Assembly (NCBI GenBank): GCA_048772705.1
Contig: JBLWGC010000021.1
Coordinates: 1 to 64,000, forward strand
DNA from: Leidyana gryllorum EB-2025a
Lineage: Eukaryota > Protista > Apicomplexa
Length of the DNA: 64,000 nt
Direction of reading: 5' to 3'
The position numbers were made by a program, and so were the translations under genes. The notes under the pieces are model-generated. The model was not told where the DNA came from, searched no databases, and saw nothing but the letters and a program-made list of their open reading frames with translations. Shown piece after piece: positions 1-11,474 of the stretch. Numbering within the stretch: the stretch's first letter is position 1; every line of letters starts with the position of its first letter.

Positions 1-230
1 AGAGGGGCCCTCCATGTGGATGCGCGGTCGAACGGCGACCTTGGGTGTGTGCGCAGGATATATTATTATGTTTGACCGGGTGTGTCACGGCTCTGTATAA
101 CGGCAGAGTGTGTAATACGCGGACAAATATCGTCTAGATGGATATAGGGGTCGTACAATGAAATTCAATTTAGGTTGGTCCTGCATTTAATCAAACAATC
201 TAAACTAAAAAGTTAAAGGATGTGTGTGTT

Positions 231-1307
231 TCAATAGACATAGCCCTTCTCGTAAAGGTTGCCAGCAGATGCAACACCTCCCTTATACTTGCCAAGCTGG
301 GCCTCGGAATTAGCTTTGGCACGAGCAGTGAGGGCTTCTTGGCCAGCGGCGAAGTTCTCCTGCTTGCCCTTCCAGGCGTCGAGGACAGAAGCCTGGAGGG
401 CTCGGCCGTATGAAAAGGTCAGAGCCCAGGGGTGTTGCTGTTCCATGGCGTTCATGGCGTTGAGGTTGAGGGAGGCGTCTTCCTCGGATTGTCCGCCCGA
501 AAGGAAGCAAACACCAACAAGGGAAGGAGGAACAGTGCGGCGAAGGGTGCGTACGGTGTAGAAGGCCACTTCTTCCGGAGTGGCCTTCTTTTCGTGCTGG
601 GCACCCTGGGTGACCATGTTGGGTTTGAGCAGAGCTCCTTCGAGGAGGACGTGATGATCATTCAACGCCTTGAAAACGGCAGCCAGAACTTCCTCGGTGA
701 CCTTGGCGCAGTGTTGGATGGAGTGGGCACCATCAGTGAGGATCTCGGGCTCGACAATAGGAACCAACTTGTTCTGTTGGCAGATGGCAGCATAGCGGGC
801 TAATGAGTGGGCGGTCTCCTGGATGGAGAGGGGGGAAGGCTTATTCTTGGCCTCGTCGATCTCGAGGACGGCGCGCCACTTTGCGAAACGGGCCCCGGCT
901 TCGTAGTACTTTTGGCATCGCTCAGCCAATCCGTCCAAACCTTGAGTAGACTTCTCGCTGTCGGTGCCCGGAAGAGCGACGAGTCCCTTGTCAACCTTGA
1001 TGCCCGGGATGATCCCGTTTGCCTTCAAAAGACTGACTTGAGTCTGACCATCATCCGTCTTCTGAAAGAGGGTTTCCTCGAACAGAATGGCACCAGAGAT
1101 GTAGTTGCCAAGATCCTTGGTAGAGAAGAGCAATTTGCGATAAGCCGCGCGGTTTGCCTCGGTGTTTTCCACTTTAATCTGGTCGAAACGCTTCTTTATG
1201 GTACCAGTAGACTCATCAGCAGCCAAGATTCCCTTGCCACGAGTGGCGATGGCCCGAGCGGTCTCAGAAAGCTCCTTGGCAATTTCCTGGGAGAAGTTGG
1301 CCGGCAT
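231..1307 (-). CDS. ALD: Fructose-bisphosphate aldolase, class I
   Basis: Intronless 358 aa ORF with [40 protein letters not shown] (Schiff-base Lys), FLSGGQSEE and TFSYGRALQ; ends LYEKGYVY as in apicomplexan aldolases. Confidence 0.98.
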   Translation of the reverse strand: MPANFSQEIAKELSETARAIATRGKGILAADESTGTIKKRFDQIKVENTEANRAAYRKLLFSTKDLGNYISGAILFEETLFQKTDDGQTQVSLLKANGIIPGIKVDKGLVALPGTDSEKSTQGLDGLAERCQKYYEAGARFAKWRAVLEIDEAKNKPSPLSIQETAHSLARYAAICQQNKLVPIVEPEILTDGAHSIQHCAKVTEEVLAAVFKALNDHHVLLEGALLKPNMVTQGAQHEKKATPEEVAFYTVRTLRRTVPPSLVGVCFLSGGQSEEDASLNLNAMNAMEQQHPWALTFSYGRALQASVLDAWKGKQENFAAGQEALTARAKANSEAQLGKYKGGVASAGNLYEKGYVY

Positions 1308-4300
1308 CTTGATCGATCCAAAGCTTCAACAGAAGAAAAGAAGTGAGTGAGTGACTGACTGAGTCGTCGTGATTCAAATCTTGATGCTATCGCACACTGT
1401 CCCAAGGACACACGTCTTAACGCACACTTCAAGTCCAAAATTCCTATTGATAGACGCTTAGATCTGTCTGCCTTTGCGATCCGTCGTTCTTCGGGCGCCC
1501 CTGATGTTGCTGGTACAAACGTAGTTCAGATAAGTAGCATTCGTAAGCTGTCGTGGGTGGTAACGCGCAGGGAGCTGTTTGTTCGGGCACAGAGTTCGTA
1601 TTCTCTTTTTCTGCTCAAGAGCGGCCATGGGCCTAAGTTACGGAACTATAGCGATAACTGAGTCTATCGAGTGCCCGACTATCCGTCCCTGAGCCGTAAC
1701 CCACCGCCACACCCCATCTATCTTTTTGTAGATCCTAGCCTGCGCCACCTCCTGACTAGCGGCTGAGGTACGTCTCGGGTTCCAAAGCGCAGCGGACATC
1801 CAGTCGAATGTAACCTTTTGGAGACTATGGTGCATCAGGCGATTGGATCAGATATACCAAAAGTAGGGATCTTTTAGGCGGTCAAACGTAATTACAGCCT
1901 TGGACCTTCCGAAGGTCTGAAGATGTGGGGAACCGTTATTAAATGTGTTCGACGATGGTAGCCCGTGGAAGAAAACCCGGGTGGGCACGTGGGCACAACG
2001 GAGGGAGAGCCCGCCGGCCGCAATAACTCTTTGAACCTTCAATACTATCTCGCTGGAACCGACACAGACCGATTACGGAAGGACTTGGCTACTTTCATGC
2101 GTCGGCGGGCTGACACCTGACAATATTGCGAACAGCCGTATGGTGGCTCTCGTCGGACGAACTCCCAGATGTCACCAGCGTTTGCGACATCCGCTCTGCA
2201 AGTGCCTCAAGTAATCAGCGTCCTGAAATGTTTGCGAGTCATGCCCTCTACTCACGGCATAGGCCACCGTGATAATGATGTGACACACACAGACTTCCTC
2301 TGAGCATAGTGCATTTTTGCGGTGCCTGACATCACGAGGTCCTACGTGGGGACACGGAGAGGCAAAAGACCACCGAAATGATGTAGAGTTCCCGATTGAT
2401 GAGCTGTTATCATTGCTGTGGTTGATACGTGGGTGACGGTAACATAGCGCTAGTCAAGGACCTTATTCACGCAGACACTGTCTAATGGATCCATAGTGTC
2501 GTAATACATACCGTTGGCAGCGAATTCATTACAAGGAAGACGATATTTCGATGGCATTGTTCAATGCGGTGAGCGTTAATACAGCCGAACTGAACCTCAA
2601 GTTATTCTGCGCGCGTTTCCGGACCGGATCAAAAATATACCTGGCATTAACCTCCGTTGAGCCGAGGGTATGCGTTCTCCCTATCACCGGGCTCCATATG
2701 GCCATGATTAATGCGCAACACTACTCCCTGGGAGTGCGCCCTGTCGAATCCGCGTCAAGACTGGACTGGAAGCCCTGCGGCATGACTGCAAGACGTTGCC
2801 CCGCAACTTCATACAGTTCGCACACGAGTGTGCGCAAATTATGTCTTCGATTCTTGTCCGGAATGCTAACGGACCACATATGGGCCCCAAAATCCGGGAT
2901 TTCAACCGCCCTGGGAGCTGACAAGATTGGCAGGAGTCTCGAAACAGGTCCACAACATTCTTCACTGAGTATCCATTGTTCGTATCACGGGGACCTATCC
3001 TCTCCAAAGGACACTGGGACTGGATCCAACACGCATCTCAGTTTCAGTCATAGCTCCAGAGAAGGTGTCCGCATCTCAAATCGCTTTATTGATTCGCACA
3101 ACACACTAAAGAGCTCATCATCCTTGATCTATCCGTGAAGATGTGTCCATGGGGTCTGCCAAGGCTAGCGGAAATAACTCCCGGCGGATTGATGAAGAGT
3201 GGGGGCAAACGCCGTACTCTAGACTCTCACCGCCTAAAGTACTCAGCTTGAGACAGCTGAAAGAAGATCGATGCTCCAATATTGGAGTGTTTGGTCGTCA
3301 CAAGGCGGCAGCTTTTCTTCATTCGCCACAGTTGGCTGAGGCTCTTCGCCGAACTGTGGGAGGCGGACCGGTGACCGTTTCATTGCGGTGAGGCAACCGC
3401 AATTCAAGTTTTGGACAATCAAATGGGAGACGTCTTTTTGTCTGGTTGGTGAAAGTTCTACCCGTGGCATGGGAGGGGGAGTGGACGAGCGGCGATGCAT
3501 AGTGAAGCCACGTATAAATGGCCGAAGTGGGCCTGGGGAGGATTGCTGATGGGCTACAAGCGACATAGCGCACGGGGGCACAGAGACTCTTGGAGCAGCT
3601 CAAAAGACAGTGACCGATTGAGAGTGCCATACACCTGCGAGAGTTCAAGACATGGGACAGCGCTCCCCCTCGTGCATTCGAACTTTCGCGATCATTCATG
3701 AGCCTAAGTATGGTGCTTGAAGCAACCTTTCGTTTACAAATTGCTGCTTCCCGAGTATGGGCTTTATCGTTCGAAGTCTAAGAGTTGAGGTGCGCCAGAA
3801 ACGCTGCCGGTCCTCCGCCACTAGCTTGGCTTGCCGTGTATTATTACAGCCGTGAAGCGTCCAATTTGGCCCTGAACTCATGCATTTAGCCAACACACAC
3901 ACGTGTGTCAGGAATATTCCGGATGCATCCATCGTGCCGCCTTGCTCTTCAACTGTGGACGAGCATCGGATCATGTTGGGTCAGATTGACGATGTAGGCT
4001 GACAATCAGCTCCGACACGCGAATGCCCTGTAACCCACCGGATAGTAGGTATCAATTGCGCTCTCGTCCCCACACGTCCTGTAGCCTGGGCACCGGCGAT
4101 TGTCAGTGAGGCTCAGCTACTTTCGCACGTAATCGGCGTTGGGAGGTCAGGAGTCATTCCATCGCCTTCAGACTATATGCTGCAATCGTTCAAGTCCAGA
4201 AATGGCATGGTGGAGTATTCGTATCCATCAGAGTCAACCTCGAATGGCTGTGGTTGCGTAAAAGGTTGAAAGCAAGATTGCACTGAATTAAACCATCTGC

Positions 4301-4632
4301 CTACGAAATCCACTGCAATGACATGTTCGCCCATCCTCCGGTGCATCTGTCACGAAGCAAATTCGGGTGAAGACTCGAGGCTCCATTGGGCTAACCACTG
4401 AACTGTCATGGCCAACCTATTAGGCAGTCCCCTCAGAGTCTGAAGGAGGTTCGGGGAAGAATGGTGTTCGTTTGCTCGAGCAGAGTATTTCTGCTGATGT
4501 CTATTGGCAAGTGGTTGAGGCAACAACTTTCACAGCCTGGGAGCTCGAGTCTGTCTGCTGTCTGCAACCATCTGTGTTATTGATCCTTCAGCACTCGTCT
4601 TAATGCTCAAATCAGAAAAATCAGAATTTCGT

Positions 4633-5391
4633 ATGGAGGGAGATACGGAATACTCAAAAGAAGATGTTTGTTGCGCCAAATGCTGTGACGTTAGTCTGCT
4701 GAGAGCCGAACTGGCGCGAATGGAGGAAAGTTGCCAAGAAAACGTAGCCATGTTGAAGGCTGCTCTGGAAGCGTCGCAACAAGCGCACATTGATGCTGCT
4801 TACGAAGAGATCAATTTCGGGAGCTTGAACTTTGGTCTGCCGATGCAGAGCGCGTATGGTTGGTTCCGGGATTTGATATTACATTTGAGGCGTTATTTCC
4901 CCGACATGGCCGACATTCGCCAAGTGGCTGTCGCGATCGAGGGTTTGCCCCGCGAACACCAGCTCGCCATGCACGAAGCCAAGTGTGCTAACCTCACAGA
5001 GCTGCGGGATGCCTACTTGGGGCAATATTACCCAAACACATTATTGCTCCCGAAATACGTCAGGGAAATTAATGACTCGACGTGTCGATTCCCAAACTGT
5101 ACCGAAATGGCGAAGTGGGCGAATCATCAAGAACAAAACTTGCGAGAATCACTTGAATACGACACTGCTAATGGGGCTACTGTTGAGGAGCTGGTCAAAG
5201 GGATGTTGGTCGAAGTGCTGGCTTTGCGACTGCCCGAGGGTGCCTCTGCCCGCGAGTTCCGTTCGCTCATGCGTGGCTCAGTGTCCCCATCAGAAGCCCT
5301 GTGGGATGCTCAAGCAGGATTAGGCCCGAATGATGGAGTGCAAAGTTTTTTCCATCAACTCGGAAGGAAAATGTTCCATTGTGGTCGCTGA
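4633..5391 (+). CDS. Hypothetical protein, putative retrotransposon Gag/capsid-like, paralog 1
   Basis: Intronless ORF, ATG at 4633 (an in-frame ATG also lies at 4603). CxxC plus a coiled coil, then WFRD..QVAVAIEGLP..LTELRDAYLGQYYP. Clearly homologous to 6152-6844. The Gag assignment rests on motif spacing only. Confidence 0.55.
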   Translation: MEGDTEYSKEDVCCAKCCDVSLLRAELARMEESCQENVAMLKAALEASQQAHIDAAYEEINFGSLNFGLPMQSAYGWFRDLILHLRRYFPDMADIRQVAVAIEGLPREHQLAMHEAKCANLTELRDAYLGQYYPNTLLLPKYVREINDSTCRFPNCTEMAKWANHQEQNLRESLEYDTANGATVEELVKGMLVEVLALRLPEGASAREFRSLMRGSVSPSEALWDAQAGLGPNDGVQSFFHQLGRKMFHCGR

Positions 5392-6151
5392 TATGGATGC
5401 AATGCAAGAACTCCTTGAACTTCCTCAGCACGCCACCGACCGGCTCTCTAGTAAGCAAACACAAACTCTAATGCTTCGATTACGCTTCAAAACGGTATTA
5501 GTGGGAATCGGAAAGGTGTGTTGAGCGACGACTACCACAGACCGCATCGTGACATCTTAGCGCCCGATCATCAAATCTTTGTACACCCACAGCCACCAAC
5601 AATCAAAACCCGTGTGTAAAAAACTGTCTCTGCCCGACCGAGCTTGGCCGGGCGCCGGCATGCATTATTACGCCTAGGCTGGCTTGTTACTTTGGCTGCT
5701 GGTGTCTATCGGAAATAGACACAAGGTCACCTTTTACATCATGATTTGTGAACTGTTACTGTCTTGTCTAAGTGGCTCGAGCGCAGGTGTGCACGTCGGC
5801 TGGTTTTTGGTAGTTTGACCTGTTTGGTGCGTTGGAATGGTAGTTGGATTCATCTAGCTGTTGTTTTAGTTCGTTGATGTTCAATGACTGACTCAGTAAA
5901 AACGCGTGTGGGTAATAGTGTGTCTCCCCGGCCGGGTATGGCCCGGCACAAGGTGCTTTACTACGGCTAAGCTGCTTAATTCGGTGTCCTTGAGCTAGTC
6001 TTTGGGTCTTTAAGATGTCGCTCCTACTGCTGGGAGTGTCAATCAGAAATAGACACAACATCATTTCTGGATCACATCCGTAACGGCAAAGTGTTTTTGT
6101 CTCGTATTGATCATCAAGATAAGTTTTACTGTTGTTTTCGAACTCGAAGCC

Positions 6152-6844
6152 ATGTCGACGGAGGCCACATCTCATTCGGAAAGCCTCCACCATTGCAGTA
6201 AATGTACGAGTGAAGTAGAAACACTGAGGACGGAAATGGGGGAGATGGCGAAACGCCACCAAGAAAACATGTCAGCTGTTCTGGAAGCCATAAAATCAAG
6301 TCAAGCTCCGGTGGCCTACAAAGAACCGGAACTCAAATGGACCCAGCTCTCGAGCAGGATGACAGAGGTTTTTGATTGGTTCCGAGATGTCGAGTTGACC
6401 TTTATGATTCAATGTTTGGGAATGCCTTCAAGCCGGCAGGTTTCACTCGCCATTCAACGCTTACCCACAGAACGCCAGCACGCAATGCAAAAAGCCAATT
6501 GCTCGGACCTCAGAGAGTTGCGCAACTATTACCTGAAAGAATACTTTCCAAACAGACTGCTGCTTCCAAAATATGTCAATCAACTCAATTCATCAAGGCA
6601 CACACGATTCCCGAATTATATCGAGATGGCACAGTGGGCAAGCCAGCAAGAGAACAACTTGCTAGATGCCTTGGCATACGACACGTCGAACGGAGCAAGT
6701 GCCGAAGAACTTCTTAAAGGGATGTTGATCGATGTGATGGGCATGCGTCTACCTGAGAAGGCATCTGTTCGCGAATTTCGTGCCGCGATGCAAAGTGGTG
6801 TATCACCTTCAGAAGCCTGCTGGACTTTGGCACGAGAAGATTAG
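6152..6844 (+). CDS. Hypothetical protein, putative retrotransposon Gag/capsid-like, paralog 2
   Basis: Intronless, first ATG at 6152. Shares LLLPKYV, RFPNxxEMAxWA, YDTxNGAxxEELxKGML, RLPExASxREFR and VSPSEA with paralog 1. Confidence 0.55.
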   Translation: MSTEATSHSESLHHCSKCTSEVETLRTEMGEMAKRHQENMSAVLEAIKSSQAPVAYKEPELKWTQLSSRMTEVFDWFRDVELTFMIQCLGMPSSRQVSLAIQRLPTERQHAMQKANCSDLRELRNYYLKEYFPNRLLLPKYVNQLNSSRHTRFPNYIEMAQWASQQENNLLDALAYDTSNGASAEELLKGMLIDVMGMRLPEKASVREFRAAMQSGVSPSEACWTLARED

Positions 6845-7171
6845 GATAGGCCTGAGCAACCAGCACTGGTCTTCGTAGCTGACCTGATTTCGCAATTAGA
6901 TATTTGCCGATGCGTGTGAGTGGCGTAATGTCGCGAATTGAGCTGAGCTCTCAAATTGGACAAACAGGTGGCGCACACGTGTGTAACGAACAATTGGCTC
7001 CATTCGGAGATGATATCGACGGTGAATGGAACATACAGATGAATGGATAGTTCTTTGAGCTGTTCAGTAGTGACAAATTTAGCTTTCAATTTCGAATGAC
7101 CTCAGAGTCTACAATCCGCATCACGAAGGCTAGAAGTCGGGGTTCTGCGACGGACGCCACCTGGGTTTGGA

Positions 7172-7691
7172 TCAACGGCGTCCCGGCACCGGAAACTTAT
7201 TGGGCTTGACACTGGCAGCGGACGTTCGGGCGTTGTTGTGTTTCACTTACAAGCTGTGGTTCTTCATAGTAACCAATAGTTTGGGCGGATTAGCGACACC
7301 GCAGTGGGGGCTCAGCTGGCAAGCGATGGTATGGGAACGATATATGTACACTCTTACGTTCAGGATGCCTTTCCATTCGCCATTTGTACCAAAATATTGG
7401 TTCAGGTTAAGCCAGGCTTTACCAAAACAGTCAGATTTGCTGAGCAAATCGATGGCCAAATGGCTCGTACCATCCCATTGAAACGTCGCAGTCTCTTCCC
7501 AGCTGGCTTCTGGACCCGAATCCTTCACAGTACGGGTAGTATATTTGTCTTTCATCATCCACAGAATGACATATGGGCTCTGTGTGATTGTGGGAACGGT
7601 CACACATGGCTATTACCGTTTTATGAAGAGTGCCCATCTTCTCGGGCATGTTGGATGCTGCATGGACAGTAATGCTAATAGTTTGCGACAT
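7172..7691 (-). CDS. Small C2-domain protein, copy 1 (spliced)
   Basis: MSQTISITVHAASNMPEKM..SPYVILWMMKDKYTTRTV..WEETATFQWDGTSHLAIDL..CFGKAWLNL; ends VPGRR-stop; homologous to copies 2-4. Confidence 0.85.
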
Positions 7692-7799
7692 TTTGTATGA
7701 GGTAGAAAAATGAGAAAGAATATATATATGCTGACTCGGGACACACACCACGTACGGGCTTCGCGCGTCTTTATGCACTAACTATGACAGCTACGGATC

Positions 7800-9310
7800 T
7801 TAAAAACGGCCATAGGGATCAACGAAAGCGGCCTTCGCTTTCAAGTCTCTGAAGAGTTCGATGTGATCTGGAATCTGACCGTTTTCTTGGCCAGTTTCCG
7901 GGCACTTGTCAGCGTAACCTAAGTAGACATGGCTTGGGGGTCGCTGATCCACCGGGAGGTCGAAGAATGGTGGGTAGATTTCCCTGCCGTTCTTTAAGAT
8001 GACACCACACTCGTGTTCTTGTTCATAATCATGGGAATTTAGAACCACGTGCAAGGTCTCTTGATTAGCAATGCGTTTATTGTATAACTGTTGCGCTTTC
8101 AGCAACCGCAATCGTCGTTGTTGGGGACCGAAGCTGTCAATGATTCGGGAAACGTCATGTTGATCATAGAATGGGGAGTCCAGGAATTCTTGTTGGAGCT
8201 CAGCCAGCAGCTCTGATCTCATCAAACTCTGAGCGCTCATTGCTTTCAGTCGGACTCCCCATGACCTAAACCACGGAACAGCCAATGGATAGACGACAGC
8301 AATGCTCAGTTCCACCTTGGCTGGCCCGAGCTGAATCAAGTGGTTCCATGAAGACAACCGTCGTTCTGTTCACCTGCACAATGCCTTCAAAGGAGCGATC
8401 ATACTCTGCCACGGCGTGCCACTCGGGTCGGCGTGGCTTGTTAGATATTGAAGAGGTCAGTAAGTCTTCCAAGTCCAAATTAAACTCGCCCAACGTGATG
8501 TTCCACCAAGGGGAAGCGGCACTGGAACGTGTGTGTGTGTGTGTGAGAGAGAGAGAACAGCGTGGGGGCGGCTCACTTATTGAGTTCCAAAGTAAGATTT
8601 TCTTCTTCACTCATCCACTCCATACTCAGGAAACCAAACACTTGATGAGTGCCGCCAGCAGCGGCGAGTGGCGGCGAGTGTTGAGTGACTCCATGGCAAT
8701 GGGCAGTAAGGACGGGAACCTAATGTAGTGAAGTTCAGTAAGCATCCTTTTTCCAGTATCAGCTCACCACAATGGAATCCTCCCACTTTTCGGGGCAATC
8801 AATGATGCGTGTGATGATGATCTCGACTCGTCGACCCGCGGCGAACGGTATAACGCAGCCAGTGGGTACCATAGTGTGGTGTTCCATGATGAACCTGTCA
8901 GCTCTCGCCTTTCTGGACTGGAATTCCCTTCCCTTTGAGTGCGAAAGTTTCCTCATGGCCTCCGCAGCCTCGTTGTCTGCGGCCAGCTGCCGTGCGACAA
9001 GCTCGCGCAGACTCTCGACTCCTTCAGTCCCATGCACATAGAGTATATTGGTGGCCAGCATTGCTGGATCTCCATAAAATCTGGCATCCCGCTCCCGCTC
9101 AGCCGGATCGACCGTCTTGGGAGCAGTAGCCGGAGACTTCACCTCAGCACACTTGGCCTTGTCACGGGTCCCATAGCCAGGAGGCGAACTCGGTGAAAAG
9201 ACATCGGCCGGATCGTCAGAGTTTTGAAAGGTGATGTCATTGGAACTGTTCTCGGAAGTGAAAACAGGCGGTGATGAGGTCTCTTGAACACTTGACTCTG
9301 TGTCTAACAT
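7800..9310 (-). CDS. Larger divergent C2-domain protein with N- and C-terminal extensions (4 exons)
   Basis: Three GT-AG introns join the ORF pieces in frame: RVEIIITRIIDCPEKWEDSIV|VPVLTAHC..LSMEWMSEEENLTLELN|..ITLGEFNLDLEDLL..GIVQ|LGPAKVELSIAV. Intron positions parallel those of the small C2 genes. Confidence 0.65.
8529..8556. repeat. (GT)n(GA)n compound microsatellite within an intron
   Basis: gtgtgtgtgtgtgtgtgagagagagaga read directly from the sequence. Confidence 0.9.
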
Positions 9311-9501
9311 ATTTCGTCAAGTTACTTTGATGGTTGTTGCACGTATAACTACACTTTGTGGATCAGTTCACACGCCGCCTTGCTCATGATGGGGCTCAAC
9401 CTCGATCGGATTCAGAGCCTCCACAAGGATTTCTGCTGCTCGCGAAGTCACCTTCGGGGAACAGCAATTTAGTTGATCGAACTGAAAGACGCAAAAAGTT
9501 A

Positions 9502-10049
9502 CTAACGACGGCCTGGAATAGGCACCTTGTTGAGAAGTCCTCCTACAATACCGCCCATGGGCTTCTTGATGGTCATCCGGATGACGCACTCCTCCTTAAT
9601 TCCCTGGCCATTGAGCTGCGCAGAAAGCAAAGGGGATTGATCAATCGCCACCGCCTTACCCCCAACTCAGTAGTCACAGAGTTACCACGGCCCAACAGGT
9701 CATTCACGTTGTAGAAACCCTTGGCGAAACATTTGTCCTTACTGTACACGCAAGTCAGAGATCACCCGCTCTCCATTGCGGACTTACGAGTAGACGTCGA
9801 CGGCAAGCGAGCTGGTTCCGTCCCAGTCAAAGGTGGTGGATTCTTCAAAAACAGCCATCTTGCCGGGCTTCTCCAAGGTCTTGGTCTCCCATTTGTCTTG
9901 CATCATGTGCAGCACAACACGAGGTTGCTGTTGATCATCCACCATAGATCCAATATACACAGAGAAAATGAACGCACCATGGAGCTGAAAGTGCTGACCT
10001 TATCGGGAAGGTTGTTGACATGATGCACGGTCACAGTAAGGGAAGACAT
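9502..10049 (-). CDS. Small C2-domain protein, copy 2 (spliced)
   Basis: MSSLTVTVHHVNNLPDKVSTFSS..WDGTSSLAVDVYS..KCFAKGF; ends KVPIPGRR-stop; three short introns. Confidence 0.85.
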
Positions 10050-10417
10050 GTTGTGAGGAGTAGAAGAACGTGAATTTAATCTCAGTCAGAGTCGCACCAA
10101 ATCAACTTGATGGTTGATGAAAAGTTGAAAACAAACGAACTGGCCGACGCACACACAAAGACCACTGAGCTGTCCCATCAGTCCTCTGAAACCACAGGCC
10201 TTGAGCACCACCATCCCAGATCCAACACAGTCTGCAGCACACGTCTGTACTACTCTTTATTCCCTTGCAGCAAGCTTGACGCCTGCAAAGCTTACACGAT
10301 CGGTCCCGCAAAGGCAAGTTACGCAACAACTGATTCCGTAAAAGAAACACTCAATCGAGTTCGAGTAGGATGGGAAAATCTAATATCAAATAGAATCAAA
10401 ACCAAAAATGGTACAAC

Positions 10418-10988
10418 TCAACGACGGCCTGGCATAGGCACCTTGTTGAGAAGACCTCCAACCACACCGCCCATGGGGCCGCCCATCGGCTTCTTGATGG
10501 TCATTCGGATCACGCACTCTTCCTTAATTCCCTGGCCATTCAGCTGAGCGGGAATGAAGATAAGTGACAATCGCGTCCGATCACACAATCTCGTCGGCTT
10601 ACCCCGAGCTCAGTGGTGACTGAGTTACCGCGGCCCAACAAATCGTTGACATTGAAGAACCCTTTGGCGAAACACTTGTCCTTACTGTAAACCCAGTATA
10701 AACAATGCCCAGCCTTCGAGTATTCGCTTACGAATATAGATCAACAGCCAGAGAGCTGGTTCCGTCCCAGTCGAAGGTTACGCTTTCCTCAAACGAACCC
10801 ATCTTCCCGGGCTTGTCGAGGGTGCGGCTTTCCCACTTGTCCTTCATCATGAACAAAACAACACGGGGTTGCTGACAGCACATCAACATGCGCGCACCGG
10901 TGAATGATAGGCTTACCAAAGAGCTGAAAGTGCTGATCTTGTCGGGCAAGTTGTTAACATGATGTACAGTTACAGTAAGCGAAGACAT
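10418..10988 (-). CDS. Small C2-domain protein, copy 3 (spliced)
   Basis: MSSLTVTVHHVNNLPDKISTFSSL|QPRVVLFMMKDKWESRTL..WDGTSSLAVDLYS|KDKCFAKGFFNV..|LNGQGIKEEC..KVPMPGRR-stop; gtaagc donors. Confidence 0.85.
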
Positions 10989-11474
10989 GATATCAAATGT
11001 CTGTGAATTTGAAGTGAGGCAAAGTGGCTGTGACTGTGGTTGCGATGTTTTTATATGAAACCAGATCTAAGCTGATCCATGTCTCTCCGCACACGTGTGC
11101 AGATTCATGACAGATTTTAGTATGATGTGGAACTGTAGGGATCTTTTCTCCGGTGTATGGGGGTCTTCTCCGGTGGTGGTGACTCTCGGACCATGCTAGC
11201 TCACTTCGACGAGGAACTCTGAGTATTGACTTGGCCGCCCGAATACTGCGGAACCAGGTTTGAGTGCTTGGTGGGGCTAGCTCGTGAAAAGGATAGGTAC
11301 TGTACTTGACGGCGTTCCGGTATTCATGGAGCACTGGGTTTTCTATTTGAAGCTACTCACTCCCAATCGATTTCACAGATTGAATTGCACAACCCAGCGT
11401 CCATACGTTATGGATCAAATTGCATCACATCAAACCTGGTAGTCTCACACACGAACAGAGGGCCAGACGTATGC

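Noticed and set aside
259-1346. Several long plus-strand ORFs over the aldolase (similar cases over DDX41, Sec1 and laforin)
   Set aside because: Antisense or alternate-frame shadows of well-supported genes.
1638-1760. PAS/PAC-like motif IDGVWRWVTAQGR, and possible selenocysteine readthrough of the TGA at 1848
   Set aside because: Short isolated resemblance; no supporting domain, start context or identifiable SECIS.
2551-3974. ORFs of 60-195 aa in the gene-poor region
   Set aside because: No motifs, no coherent exon chain and no coding-like composition that I can support.
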